This document shows, piece after piece, positions 30,444 to 40,821 of a DNA stretch of 64,000 bases. How positions within the stretch are numbered: the stretch's first letter is position 1; every line of letters starts with the position of its first letter. The DNA is from an uncultured Nitrososphaeraceae archaeon (lineage in GTDB: Archaea > Thermoproteota > Nitrososphaeria > Nitrososphaerales > Nitrososphaeraceae). Below the pieces are notes generated by a model. It did no database searches and had not been told where the DNA came from. It saw only the letters and a list, made by a program, of their open reading frames with translations. The position numbers and the translations under genes are program-made. The DNA lies in assembly GCA_963729045.1 (NCBI GenBank), contig CAVSMN010000020.1:128001-192000 (forward strand), read 5' to 3'.

Positions 30444-32228
30444 CTATATGTATCCAAAAGCAGGATCTGATTTTCTTCTTAGGCTAACAATATGATCCAA
30501 AATTACTTTCTCTTCTTCATCTAATTTATTATTAAAACGATTTAATAGTAATTTAGCTTGCCTACTATCCAGATAGGTATAAAAAACATCACCTTCGTTA
30601 ATTTGCCTACCTATCTGAGGTCCATTAACTGATACAGCCACTTGCATTCCCCTAGTAGCTTCTTCAATTGATTTACCCTTATCCTGGATCTGATGTATTA
30701 CTCCTATTTTTTTTCCATCAGGATTCATTATTGACATTTTTTGTTTCATTTTACCTATGGTAATTTCCGCACCAAACACAGCAGGATCACTTCTTCTAAA
30801 AACATAGCCTTTCATAAATTCAAATTTACAAATTGGAAATATTTCATTAAATAAGATAGAATCCTCATGATTCTTTTGATAAGATACCCAGTCGGTATAG
30901 CTACGCACAAGGTTATAAATAATCTTTTCATTAAAGATCTTGACATCCCTTTCAAATGACTCTTTTTCTGCATCTTCTAAAATTTTGACATTAAAGCCCA
31001 ATATTATGCCCAGGTATCTGTCCTTTTCTTTAACTGCAGAGGCAGTCATCACATCTCTTCGACTTATCTGTCCGATGTCTGCGGACCGGATTGGGATGTT
31101 CTCTTTTTTTAGCATTTCCGAAATTGCCTCAATAGAACCGATAGTGTCGCATCGAAGAATAATACCATTGGAGTCTGTGTTAATAAGTGCAGATTTTACT
31201 TCTGATTCAACTAGATTTTTTATTTTTTCTTCGTCATCGGTAGGGGCAAGTCCATACAATGGACTGCCGGCTATTACACCATCTAAATCAGGGGAAGTTA
31301 TTTTTAATCCCGCAGCAGAAATTACCATATCTACATGACGAAATTTATCCCGTGGATCACGCATTTCATCAAGTGGCTTTGGTAGAAGTAATGATTTAAT
31401 CCTAGTCACGATAACAGAATTGCGTTTTGCGACCACTACTGAATCACCTTGTTTTATGATACCGTCTAAAAGAATGACATTAGCAGAAGGTCCTAAACCA
31501 ACTTCTTCATTTACTTCTAGAATAATTCCTTTAGCGGATCCTTCATGCCTTTCTAATTTTTTTATCATGAATTGTTGAGCCAATCCTACCAGGACTGTCA
31601 AAAGCTCAGGAATACCAACACCACTTGATGCACTAACTGGGACTAATGCAACCTCTTTCGTAAAATCCTTAACACGCCAAAAAGCCTCTGAATTGAATCC
31701 TAATTGTGAAAGAGAACCCAACACACTATATGTTTTATTATCAAGATCTACTTGAACTTCCTTAGGTTGAACTTTAATTTCTTCGGTAATGAAATTGGTA
31801 ATCCCTTTTTTCCAGCCCGTAATACGATCGACTTTATTTATCGCGACTACAAAAGGCACTTTCCTATTCTTTAAAATGTTTATACTTTCTATAGTCTGAG
31901 GTTCAAATCCTTTATTAACATCAACTACAACAATTGCTATATCTGCTGCTGATCCTCCCCTTAATCTTAAATTTGCAAAAACCTCATGCCCAGGTGTATC
32001 AATAACCAGTAATCCAGGAATAGCATGATCATGTGATAATAATTTCTTAAATAACGGACCTGTCAAACTCTGAATTATTTCTATTGGAAAAAAACTTGCA
32101 CCGATATGTTGAGTAATACCGCCAGCTTCTCGCGATTGAACGAATGTTCCCCTCATCTTATCTAGTAACGAGGTTTTACCAGAGTCTACATGACCTAGAA
32201 CTACTACTACAGGCTGACGTAGATGCAC
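30444..32228 (-). CDS. infB: Translation initiation factor aIF5B (IF-2)
   Basis: LGHVDSGKT, GITQHIGA, IDTPGHE, NKVD. Confidence 0.97.
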   Translation of the reverse strand: MHLRQPVVVVLGHVDSGKTSLLDKMRGTFVQSREAGGITQHIGASFFPIEIIQSLTGPLFKKLLSHDHAIPGLLVIDTPGHEVFANLRLRGGSAADIAIVVVDVNKGFEPQTIESINILKNRKVPFVVAINKVDRITGWKKGITNFITEEIKVQPKEVQVDLDNKTYSVLGSLSQLGFNSEAFWRVKDFTKEVALVPVSASSGVGIPELLTVLVGLAQQFMIKKLERHEGSAKGIILEVNEEVGLGPSANVILLDGIIKQGDSVVVAKRNSVIVTRIKSLLLPKPLDEMRDPRDKFRHVDMVISAAGLKITSPDLDGVIAGSPLYGLAPTDDEEKIKNLVESEVKSALINTDSNGIILRCDTIGSIEAISEMLKKENIPIRSADIGQISRRDVMTASAVKEKDRYLGIILGFNVKILEDAEKESFERDVKIFNEKIIYNLVRSYTDWVSYQKNHEDSILFNEIFPICKFEFMKGYVFRRSDPAVFGAEITIGKMKQKMSIMNPDGKKIGVIHQIQDKGKSIEEATRGMQVAVSVNGPQIGRQINEGDVFYTYLDSRQAKLLLNRFNNKLDEEEKVILDHIVSLRRKSDPAFGYI

Positions 32229-32633
32229 TTATAAAAATACTACTGATGACTCTTTTATGAAGCTTTCATGCGAATCGGAAGCATGAATAATATTATCAGT
32301 TATTCCCAGACCAAAATCGCCTCTTATTGTTCCTGGTGCAGCATCAAAAGATTTTGTAAGTCCAATCATTATCCTAACCGTGCTGACAGCATTATTTCCT
32401 TCCAAAATACATGCAACGACGGTACCAGAGCAAACAAATGAAACTAGCTCTTTAAAAAAAGGTTTACTTTGATGAATTGAATAAAAATCTTGAGCTTTTT
32501 CATCTGTAAAATCATAGGTCTTTAGTTGTTTGATGTCAAATCCTTTTTCTTCAAAACGTTGAATAATTTTTCCTACCAATTTTCGTTTAAATGCATCAGG
32601 TTTAATAAGTATTAGAGTTTGTTCTACCCCCAT
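32229..32633 (-). CDS. ndk: Nucleoside diphosphate kinase
   Basis: LIKPDA, PGTIRGDFG, NIIHASDS; start taken at MGVEQ (32633). Confidence 0.95.
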   Translation of the reverse strand: MGVEQTLILIKPDAFKRKLVGKIIQRFEEKGFDIKQLKTYDFTDEKAQDFYSIHQSKPFFKELVSFVCSGTVVACILEGNNAVSTVRIMIGLTKSFDAAPGTIRGDFGLGITDNIIHASDSHESFIKESSVVFL

Positions 32634-32634
32634 T

Positions 32635-32847
32635 TCACTTTTGCTTCCTAATTCCACCTTTGATATATTTATCAGTCCATTTAAATAACCGTGGATCACG
32701 TTTCAAATCGCGAAGATTCTTTTTACATTTTGATGAACAAGTCCATTGGATCGATCCATCATTTTTGACTAACATTATCCCTTTACCTGTATCAACATGC
32801 CTTCCACAAAAAAAACAGTTTCGCAATGACGCAACATTCTTACTCAT
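32635..32847 (-). CDS. rpl24e: 50S ribosomal protein L24e
   Basis: CFFCG, CSSKC, RDPRLFKWT. Confidence 0.95.
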   Translation of the reverse strand: MSKNVASLRNCFFCGRHVDTGKGIMLVKNDGSIQWTCSSKCKKNLRDLKRDPRLFKWTDKYIKGGIRKQK

Positions 32848-32883
32848 TATTTAACCACCTACAATAACTCCATATTTTAAGCA

Positions 32884-33096
32884 TCACTTTATTTTTCTTG
32901 CCTCACGTTCTGTCTCTCTAAGCATTAAAATATCATTCATTCTAACTGGTCCCTTAACGTTTCGAGTCAGAATCCTGCCTTTGTCTTTTCCTTCAGATAT
33001 CCTTACACGAACTTGAATTACTTCTCCAGCGATACCAGTTCTACCTACGATTTGAATTACTTCTGCAGGAATGACCTTTTCCTCAGTCTTGCTCAT
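32884..33096 (-). CDS. rps28e: 30S ribosomal protein S28e
   Basis: [27 protein letters not shown]. Confidence 0.97.
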   Translation of the reverse strand: MSKTEEKVIPAEVIQIVGRTGIAGEVIQVRVRISEGKDKGRILTRNVKGPVRMNDILMLRETEREARKIK

Positions 33097-33115
33097 TTAA
33101 TAAAATACACCTGTT

Positions 33116-33496
<381 letters not shown>

Positions 33497-33503
33497 AATT
33501 TAC

Positions 33504-33525
33504 AATCACCCATTGGGATCATTTC
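33504..33525 (-). promoter_or_regulatory. Putative k-turn in the rpl7ae 5' UTR overlapping the Shine-Dalgarno sequence
   Basis: RNA GA-AAU-GA-U-CCC-aau-GGG-U-GA-UU: 3-nt bulge, tandem G.A pairs, U.U pair; includes GGUGA; TTTAATA box at 33551-33557. Confidence 0.6.
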
Positions 33526-33571
33526 CACTCTTTCTTATGATAAAAAAGAGTATTAAAAATGTTATCATGTA

Positions 33572-34999
33572 TCAATCAGAAGCGTTCAGAATTTTATTTA
33601 TTAAATTAAGGTATTCTTTTACTTTTGAATCTAATAAGCTTTTATCATTGGATTCGGCATAGATTCGAATCAGAGGTTCTGTGCCGCTAGGTCTGAACAT
33701 TATCCAAGACTCAGCATCAAACCATATTTTCACTCCATCTATCCTTTCTATCTTGTATACAGATCCATGTGCAGCACATAAATCCAAAACATGTTGCATA
33801 TCATCGTTGCTAGACAAATTCAAGCTGGATTTGTATTGAAATGTATTATCGAACATAGAGAAAATATCTGATAGGGACGATTTTTTATCCAATAGATTGT
33901 CACCGCAATTTGTGTTTTGTCCCAGTTTTTCCTGCTTATAATAACTCATCATTTCTAAAACCAGAGCTGTAGTGATCGCTCCATCACGAACTAAATTCAG
34001 AGGTCCATAAAAAAAACCTCCATTTTCTTCAAATCCGATAAGAGAATTAGTATTTTTCATGCCATAAGAAACTTGAACGCTTCCGACCTTAGTAAAATAA
34101 ACATCTCTCTCAACCAACTCACCAATTTTTGATATAACAAGTGAAGAATTAACAGGACATACAATTGTAGTATCCATTTTCTTATTTTGAATTAAATGAT
34201 AAGATAGAATTGATCCTGTTTTATCTCCCCAATGGATAATTCCCTTTTCATCACAAAAAATGCTTCTGTCGCCATCCCCATCGTATGCAACACCCAAATC
34301 AGAGTTTGTCTTTTTTACCATTTCAGTAAGACCATATAAATTATCCATTTTCGGCTCGGAGCCCCTTGCAGAAAAATTTGGATCAACATAGCCATTCATA
34401 ATCAGCACTTCACATCCTAATTTTCTTCCTATCAAAGGGGCTACTAACGATTGGACCCCGTTACCACAATCCATAATAATCTTAAGATTTGATCGTCTAA
34501 TAATGTCAGCATCTATAAAAGAAAGCACCTTGTTGATATACTGTTCCAAAACATCCAATTTGAATAAGTTCCCAAAGGAACCAGAATACTCTCTCATGAA
34601 CTTTTTTTGATAATATATGGACTCAATTTTTATTTCATCATCTCTAGACAATTCAAACCCATGACTTGAAATTGGTTTTATTCCGTTATACTCTTTAGGA
34701 TTATGTGATGCTGTAATCATAATTCCACCAGAAGATCTTAAATTTTTGACAGTGAATTGTAGACAGGGTGTAGGCGTCATGCCCATCGTATATACATCGA
34801 TACCCATTGACATTAACACAGCCGATATAATTTTTTGAATTGCAAAACTAGAAGAACGACCATCATATCCTAACACGATTGGTCCCTTCTCAAAAAAACA
34901 TCCTATAGAAAAAGTGATATCTATCAAAAACTCAATCGACAGATCTTTTCCAAATATCCCCCTTATGCCGTTAGTTCCAAATAGTTTTTTTTCCGTCAA
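33572..34999 (-). CDS. glmM: Phosphoglucosamine mutase / phosphomannomutase family
   Basis: FGTNGIRG, ITASHNP, YDGDGDR, GFEENG, RPSGTEP. Confidence 0.85.
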   Translation of the reverse strand: MTEKKLFGTNGIRGIFGKDLSIEFLIDITFSIGCFFEKGPIVLGYDGRSSSFAIQKIISAVLMSMGIDVYTMGMTPTPCLQFTVKNLRSSGGIMITASHNPKEYNGIKPISSHGFELSRDDEIKIESIYYQKKFMREYSGSFGNLFKLDVLEQYINKVLSFIDADIIRRSNLKIIMDCGNGVQSLVAPLIGRKLGCEVLIMNGYVDPNFSARGSEPKMDNLYGLTEMVKKTNSDLGVAYDGDGDRSIFCDEKGIIHWGDKTGSILSYHLIQNKKMDTTIVCPVNSSLVISKIGELVERDVYFTKVGSVQVSYGMKNTNSLIGFEENGGFFYGPLNLVRDGAITTALVLEMMSYYKQEKLGQNTNCGDNLLDKKSSLSDIFSMFDNTFQYKSSLNLSSNDDMQHVLDLCAAHGSVYKIERIDGVKIWFDAESWIMFRPSGTEPLIRIYAESNDKSLLDSKVKEYLNLINKILNASD

Positions 35000-35159
35000 A
35001 ACATCTCCCCAGTTAAATCAATATTTATACCATCCTAATAATTATTAAACGATAAGGGGATGAATAATCGGTCTTTTAAAAAAAGATCATCGAACAAAGA
35101 ATTCAACTTGATTCGTATTAACAATAGATAAATTTGGCTTTAATGTAGTCCAAGGTAAT

Positions 35160-35282
35160 GCGGGGGTTGCCAAGCCCGGTCAACGGCGCAGGTCAGAAAT
35201 TGTGCGATGCTTAGAATGAGCTTGGAAGTTTCCTACAACCCTGTTCCTTAGGGATTCGTGGGTTCGAATCCCACCTCCCGCA
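35160..35282 (+). tRNA. tRNA-Leu(TAG) with two introns (35193-35208 at 30/31; 35216-35237 at about 37/38)
   Basis: GCGGGGG/CTCCCGC acceptor, long variable arm, TTCGAAT; removing both introns gives an 85-nt tRNA with CAGGG-CT-TAG-AA-CCCTG. Confidence 0.85.
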
Positions 35283-35447
35283 TTTATGAAATAATTGAAT
35301 TACAAATCCAATGCAAATTCCCTAATTATCGTTTGAAAAGCTTAAATAACATTCTGATTTTATGAAACAGGTTGATAGATCCACACAGTTGGAGAAGAAT
35401 TTTCAAACATCACGACGATGTTTTGCGCTTTAATAGAGGATAGATAT

Positions 35448-35648
35448 ATGAGGCAACAGCAAAAAAGAATACAAAAGCCAAGAATTGTAAAACAAACTAA
35501 AGAATTTGACTATAATAAACCGATTTCAAAATGCAATGTATGTTATACTTTATGCGGTTGGCATTGCTATGAATGCGAAACTGATTTTTGTCAAGATCAT
35601 TTTGTACAACATAAGGAAAAAGGATTGTGTAAAAAAGTTATACAATAG
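35448..35648 (+). CDS. Small B-box/AN1-like zinc finger protein
   Basis: CNVC...CYECETDFCQDHFVQH...C; start could be 35418. Confidence 0.65.
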   Translation: MRQQQKRIQKPRIVKQTKEFDYNKPISKCNVCYTLCGWHCYECETDFCQDHFVQHKEKGLCKKVIQ

Positions 35649-35682
35649 TTATTTTAATATTATAAGAAAATTACATACAATG

Positions 35683-36309
35683 TTAGAATTCAGATCTGGA
35701 ATAGCGACCTCTTTTTTCAATTTCACCTACCGTTTTAAATACTTTTGACGTTCTACTACCACATATTTTCTTATATCCATCATAGAAATTTTTGAAAGAT
35801 ATATCAAATTCATCGACATGGAAGCTAGTCAATATTTCTTTAAATAACCGAATATCTGCAGCTTTATCTTCGTATCGTTCAGAAAAGAAAGACAAACCAA
35901 AATCGATTGCAAAAATGGCTCCATTTGATGATATAATAAAATTGGATGTGGTAATATCGCCATGAATTATGTTATTACAATGAAGGGTTCCAACGATTTC
36001 CCCAAGATTTATACAAAGATCGGGGGAAAAAAAGTCTTTAAGCGTTTTTCCTTTGATGTATTCCATAATAATTTCAAAATTATTTATGTCAAGAAAATAA
36101 ATGAAAGGAGTATTGACCCCAAAAAACTTTACTTGGGATAAAATATTAGCTTCATGAATTGTTCGCCGTTTCCTCAATGGAATATCGATAGATGAGTTAC
36201 GATATGCTTTGGCAATTCGAATCTTTGAAATGGCCTGAACATCATGCCAATCAATGAGGTACAGTTCTGATTCAGCGCCTTTTTTTAATAATATTCTATC
36301 GTTCGTCAA
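35683..36309 (-). CDS. bud32: KEOPS kinase Bud32
   Basis: KGAES, RTIHEA, IIHGDITTSN, IDFGLS, EDKAADI. Confidence 0.95.
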   Translation of the reverse strand: MTNDRILLKKGAESELYLIDWHDVQAISKIRIAKAYRNSSIDIPLRKRRTIHEANILSQVKFFGVNTPFIYFLDINNFEIIMEYIKGKTLKDFFSPDLCINLGEIVGTLHCNNIIHGDITTSNFIISSNGAIFAIDFGLSFFSERYEDKAADIRLFKEILTSFHVDEFDISFKNFYDGYKKICGSRTSKVFKTVGEIEKRGRYSRSEF

Positions 36310-36346
36310 TAGATAATTTTAGTAATACGTTATTACTTTAAAAATT

Positions 36347-36691
36347 ATGGACAAAACATCAAATTCATCAAATAATGAAAAAAATGTTCTATTTGAAGAC
36401 TGTTCAGAAGATACTTTGAAGAGTGGAATTCTTACTCTAACAAATAGAAAACTTGCCTTTGAAAAAACCAAAGGTCGAATAGCAACATTATCTAAAGAAT
36501 TACTTGGAGAAAAAATAGAATTTGAATTAAAAGACATTGCACAAGCAAGATCTGAAGGAAGAATTATCAAAAAATTGGTGATAGAACTAAATAATAGTAA
36601 TAAAACATACAAGTTTGGAGTTTTGAATCCCGGTAGTTGGGTTAAAGAGATTAAATTACAGATTGAAGATCAAGCTAAAAGTAATTCATGA
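36347..36691 (+). CDS. Hypothetical PH/GRAM-like domain protein
   Basis: GILTLTNRKLAF beta pattern and terminal WVKEIK helix. Confidence 0.6.
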   Translation: MDKTSNSSNNEKNVLFEDCSEDTLKSGILTLTNRKLAFEKTKGRIATLSKELLGEKIEFELKDIAQARSEGRIIKKLVIELNNSNKTYKFGVLNPGSWVKEIKLQIEDQAKSNS

Positions 36692-36693
36692 AG

Positions 36694-37731
36694 TTATCTC
36701 CATGGAATATGTACGCTATCCAATCTCCAAGACTGATTAACAGATGCATTTTCAGGTTTAACACTACTCGATGGACGACTTAAATACATCTGAGCGCCAG
36801 TCCATGCTATCTGTGCTCCGTTATCTCCACAAAACCTCTGCGGGCAAGAATTAAAATTAGAATTATGTATATCACAGGCGGTTTCAAGCATGTTAGACAA
36901 TCTCTTATTCGCTGAAACACCCCCAACTATTAGAAATTCCTTATTTTCAGTAAAGGCTAATGCACGTTCGACCGCCTCTACAATGATAGAAAATGCTGTT
37001 TCTTGCAATGAAAAACATATGTCATGGATATCATTATCGTTGTCATTTAGCAAAGTTTTAACTGCACTAAGTAATCCCGAAAATGATACATCATTCCCTT
37101 TAATAATATATGGGAGGGAATATACCTTTCGACCCTTTGATAAATAAGATACCTCTTCGATCTTATTCCCACATGGGGATGAAAAGCCCATTTTTCTTCC
37201 CACCTGATCAAAAAGCTGTCCTAAGGTAATATCCAAAGTTTCCCCAAATATTCTCCATTTATTCTTATAGTAAATAAGTAACATAGTGTGTCCACCAGAA
37301 ACCAATAATGTTAATGGATTTTCAGATCCAGTAAGTTTAATTCCTAATTCTATATGTCCCACTGCATGATTTACAGGAATTAGAGGTATATCATGAAAAG
37401 AAGCCAATGATCGAGAAACAACAGCACCTATTCTTAAACAAGGCCCCAATCCTGGACCAGCAGAATAAGAAACAATATCAATATCCTTAATCCCGACTCC
37501 AGCTCCTTCTAGACATTTTTTTAATATTTCGGTAGCTACCATGGCATGATGTTTGGATGCGTCTCTCGGATGAATACCCCATCCTGCTGATGCTTTATAA
37601 ATGTCCCTTACTTCTGACAAAATGAACTCTTTATATGCACTGCCAGCATCACTTTTTTTGTCAATTTCTATTATAGAACACCCGAACGTATGGGCGGTGC
37701 TTTCAATTCCTAAACATAGCATAGCATGCAT
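36694..37731 (-). CDS. kae1: KEOPS t6A synthase Kae1
   Basis: LGIESTAHT, GPGLGPCL, VNHAVGHIE, VSGGHT, DNGAQIA. Confidence 0.97.
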   Translation of the reverse strand: MHAMLCLGIESTAHTFGCSIIEIDKKSDAGSAYKEFILSEVRDIYKASAGWGIHPRDASKHHAMVATEILKKCLEGAGVGIKDIDIVSYSAGPGLGPCLRIGAVVSRSLASFHDIPLIPVNHAVGHIELGIKLTGSENPLTLLVSGGHTMLLIYYKNKWRIFGETLDITLGQLFDQVGRKMGFSSPCGNKIEEVSYLSKGRKVYSLPYIIKGNDVSFSGLLSAVKTLLNDNDNDIHDICFSLQETAFSIIVEAVERALAFTENKEFLIVGGVSANKRLSNMLETACDIHNSNFNSCPQRFCGDNGAQIAWTGAQMYLSRPSSSVKPENASVNQSWRLDSVHIPWR

Positions 37732-38951
37732 TAATTCCTACTCATTGTGGATACTATCTTAATAATATCGCCATTTTTCAATTTATGCTCAGCACCAATT
37801 CGTTGTTTTGTTCTTGCATCAATAGCATAGAGAAACCCTTTTCCCAAGTCATTATGAATTAAATATGCCAAATCTTTGGCAGTGGAGTCATTGGAAATTA
37901 TTCTTGCATCAGGAAAGACATTCCCCTTTTTGTCTGTAAATTTGTATTCGTCCTCCACTGGATAAACTACGATATTTTGTAATATTTCAAAACATGCATG
38001 ATTTATTACTTGCTGAATCCCTGTCGAGCCGAACTTGCGCAATATACCGGATACAACCTCCAAAGCTTCATTCTGTTTGTTGGAAAGTGTTTCAGATTGT
38101 CTGATTTTGAAACTCGAATCTCCAGGCAAATAATAAATGAGATTTTTATGAGAAGCTCTTCTTAACAATAATTCAGCCTCACATACAGTAGGAAAAAACG
38201 GTCTTTTTAAATTCTTCAATTTTTCGATATTGATATCTGATGACGAGATATCGGCTTTGTTAGCTGCTAAAATAATAGGTTTAGAACGTGTTCGTATTTG
38301 TTTGCTTAATATGAGCAAATCCTCTTCAGTCCATTCGCTTGGCTTTTTGATCAAGTTGATATAATCCAAGGAAGTTCTGATCAATTGTTCGCTAATTGAT
38401 AGACCAGAAAGTCTATTAGACAATACAGTTTCTATCCTTTGTTTTAAATTTTCACTTTCTCTTATTATCTTGTCCCAATCTCTCAGAATTAATGAACGTA
38501 TCCAAAGATCAAATTCATCTTCTATGAACTCCAAATCAAAAAGCGGATTTCCTTCACCCGGATTAACTGGTCTGCCTTCTTCGTCGGTAGATCCCGAGAT
38601 ATCTATTACGTGGATGAGAACGTCAGCCTGACGAGCGTCATCTAAGAATTTATTTCCTAGACCTCTTCCTGAGTGTGCACCGGGAACTAATCCTGCTACG
38701 TCTATTAGTTTTATCGGAATATATCTTATTCCACCAATACACTTAGAAGTGATGGGATTATCCAAAACACCCAACTCTTTACAAACACAATTTACTCTTA
38801 CAAATGCAACACCGATATTCGGGTTAATAGTAGTAAACGGAAAATTAGCAATTGGTATTGATGAATCTGTAGCTGCATTAAAGAATGTTGATTTACCAAC
38901 ATTTGCTTTACCCAACAAGCCAATTATCAATTCTAAAAGATTAGTTAACAA
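37731..38951 (-). CDS. ychF: YchF/Ola1-related Obg-family NTPase with TGS domain
   Basis: GKANVGKST, NFPFTTI, DVAGLVPGA, ANKAD, TGS domain. Confidence 0.9.
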   Translation of the reverse strand: MLTNLLELIIGLLGKANVGKSTFFNAATDSSIPIANFPFTTINPNIGVAFVRVNCVCKELGVLDNPITSKCIGGIRYIPIKLIDVAGLVPGAHSGRGLGNKFLDDARQADVLIHVIDISGSTDEEGRPVNPGEGNPLFDLEFIEDEFDLWIRSLILRDWDKIIRESENLKQRIETVLSNRLSGLSISEQLIRTSLDYINLIKKPSEWTEEDLLILSKQIRTRSKPIILAANKADISSSDINIEKLKNLKRPFFPTVCEAELLLRRASHKNLIYYLPGDSSFKIRQSETLSNKQNEALEVVSGILRKFGSTGIQQVINHACFEILQNIVVYPVEDEYKFTDKKGNVFPDARIISNDSTAKDLAYLIHNDLGKGFLYAIDARTKQRIGAEHKLKNGDIIKIVSTMSRN

Positions 38952-39058
38952 TGGAATATATATTTACGTTAGCATTTTGAGCAAAATGATCAGAGAACAA
39001 AAAATGGAAAAATATCAAAATTTTTATCGTTCTAACGATAAAGCAATTCTGAATTTTA

Positions 39059-40435
39059 ATGGGTGGAATAGTTGCAGTATGCGTACTGGATGAGAACGTC
39101 AATAACGAAAAGACAATTTATCAAGTATTTCGCGGAATGCAATTACTCCAACATCGTGGAAAGGCGGTTTGGAAAATTAGTTCAGGTAAATTTGAGGTCA
39201 GTGGATATGGCTCATTACCTACATTTGATACCATCCATGAAAAAATCGTAAAGCAGCTGAATAATCCAATGCAAACGACGGTTGGACATCTTTCAAAAAA
39301 AAAGCCAAAGTCCAAAAGAATGGAGAGAATAAATTTTGCTCTAGATGGATTTTTTATAGATTTAGATAAATTGACAACACATCCTTTAATAAGAAACAGA
39401 AATTCCGAACCATTAGAGCAAATTCATTACATTTTCAAAGAACTGCTACTGGCACAAAAAGATCCTTATAAAGCAGCTGAATTTTTGGACAGGCATTTAA
39501 GGGGTAATTATGTAATAAATATTAACAAGGAAATCTATGTTTTTAGAAATAGTACAGGATTTAAACCCCTCTTTCTGGGAAAGGATGAAAACGAATTATT
39601 TTTTATGGTTACTTCCGAGAACTACCTAGAGAGTTTTTTCCATTTAAAATTAAAAGAAATAAATCCAGGACAGCTAATTCGTTTGAGTCCCAAGTACGGT
39701 ATGGATATATTGACACAACTGGATAAGAATAGAATCTTAATGGATCCATTCGAATTTATTCGCGAGTCACATGTGTCAAGTATTTTTAATAACAAGAGCA
39801 TTTATTCTATAAGAAAAAATATTGGAAACATTCAGGCACAATATCTATCAAACAAAAACATAGACGCTGACATGATCTTTGCGGAACCAGATTATACGAG
39901 ACCAATGGCTCTAGGCTTAAACATAGGATTCAAAAATAATGGAAAAAAATTTGAAATGGTTGAAGGCATAATAAAAGACAGATATGACGATTCAGATCCA
40001 ATGATAGATTATTCAGAACAGGTAAGTAAGAACAAATTACTATCCAATGGCAAAACACTCAAGTTCATTATTACTCCAGTTACCCACAACAATAACATTT
40101 TATCCGTTCAAGGTACAATACAAACTGGAGGCACCATAATTGAAACAGTCTTCTATTTAAGAAAAGCAAGTGTTAATAGAATTGATATAGTGGTTAGCTA
40201 CGTTCCCACCATTGATGGCCGCCAAGTCGGATTATATACTCAACAAAAGGATCTTATTGGACGAAAATATGTTGGCAAGATATCCTATATAGATGATCTG
40301 AATAAGAAGATAGCATTAGAATTAGGAGCTGATTCAGTATTTTACAACTCTCCGGAGATTTTGGCAAAAGGTATTGGTGTTCATGAAAGTCAGCTATGGT
40401 TTCCAGAATGGATACGATTTTTGGACTATAAATAA
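39059..40435 (+). CDS. Amidophosphoribosyltransferase (PurF)-like protein lacking catalytic residues
   Basis: MGGIVAV (no Cys), LQHRG, GFKPLFLG, PFEFI, degenerate PRPP loop VQGTIQTGGT, IALELGADSVFY. Confidence 0.75.
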   Translation: MGGIVAVCVLDENVNNEKTIYQVFRGMQLLQHRGKAVWKISSGKFEVSGYGSLPTFDTIHEKIVKQLNNPMQTTVGHLSKKKPKSKRMERINFALDGFFIDLDKLTTHPLIRNRNSEPLEQIHYIFKELLLAQKDPYKAAEFLDRHLRGNYVININKEIYVFRNSTGFKPLFLGKDENELFFMVTSENYLESFFHLKLKEINPGQLIRLSPKYGMDILTQLDKNRILMDPFEFIRESHVSSIFNNKSIYSIRKNIGNIQAQYLSNKNIDADMIFAEPDYTRPMALGLNIGFKNNGKKFEMVEGIIKDRYDDSDPMIDYSEQVSKNKLLSNGKTLKFIITPVTHNNNILSVQGTIQTGGTIIETVFYLRKASVNRIDIVVSYVPTIDGRQVGLYTQQKDLIGRKYVGKISYIDDLNKKIALELGADSVFYNSPEILAKGIGVHESQLWFPEWIRFLDYK

Positions 40436-40503
40436 GTGGACAATAATATACCTCATAAAGAGAACTTTAACATTAAATTAGTTATCATAGTGTTTCAATA
40501 CTG

Positions 40504-40785
40504 TTGAGATTAAATAGAAGGAAAGTTATTCTAGAGAATAAATTTGTGATCGAAGGGAGGATCATAACAAAGCTTGAGCTTAGAGAATACAAATTAAGTG
40601 ACATTGATGAAGACGAAGCATTTTCTATAGCGATTTATTTGAAAACAGATCTGGAAGACATAGAATTAGATTACTTGGGAAAACCAACTTCGGATAGAGA
40701 CAAATTTGAAGAATGTTTCAATTTCCTTTGTAATCATAACGGACTATCATCAGTCTTAAATAGATTATTCATAGAGTCTGGATAG
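40504..40785 (+). CDS. Hypothetical protein
   Basis: 93-aa ORF filling the gap between genes. Confidence 0.55.
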   Translation: MRLNRRKVILENKFVIEGRIITKLELREYKLSDIDEDEAFSIAIYLKTDLEDIELDYLGKPTSDRDKFEECFNFLCNHNGLSSVLNRLFIESG

Positions 40786-40821
40786 TAGAATAAGATAGAA
40801 TGGAAGGTCAAGGGTTATATC

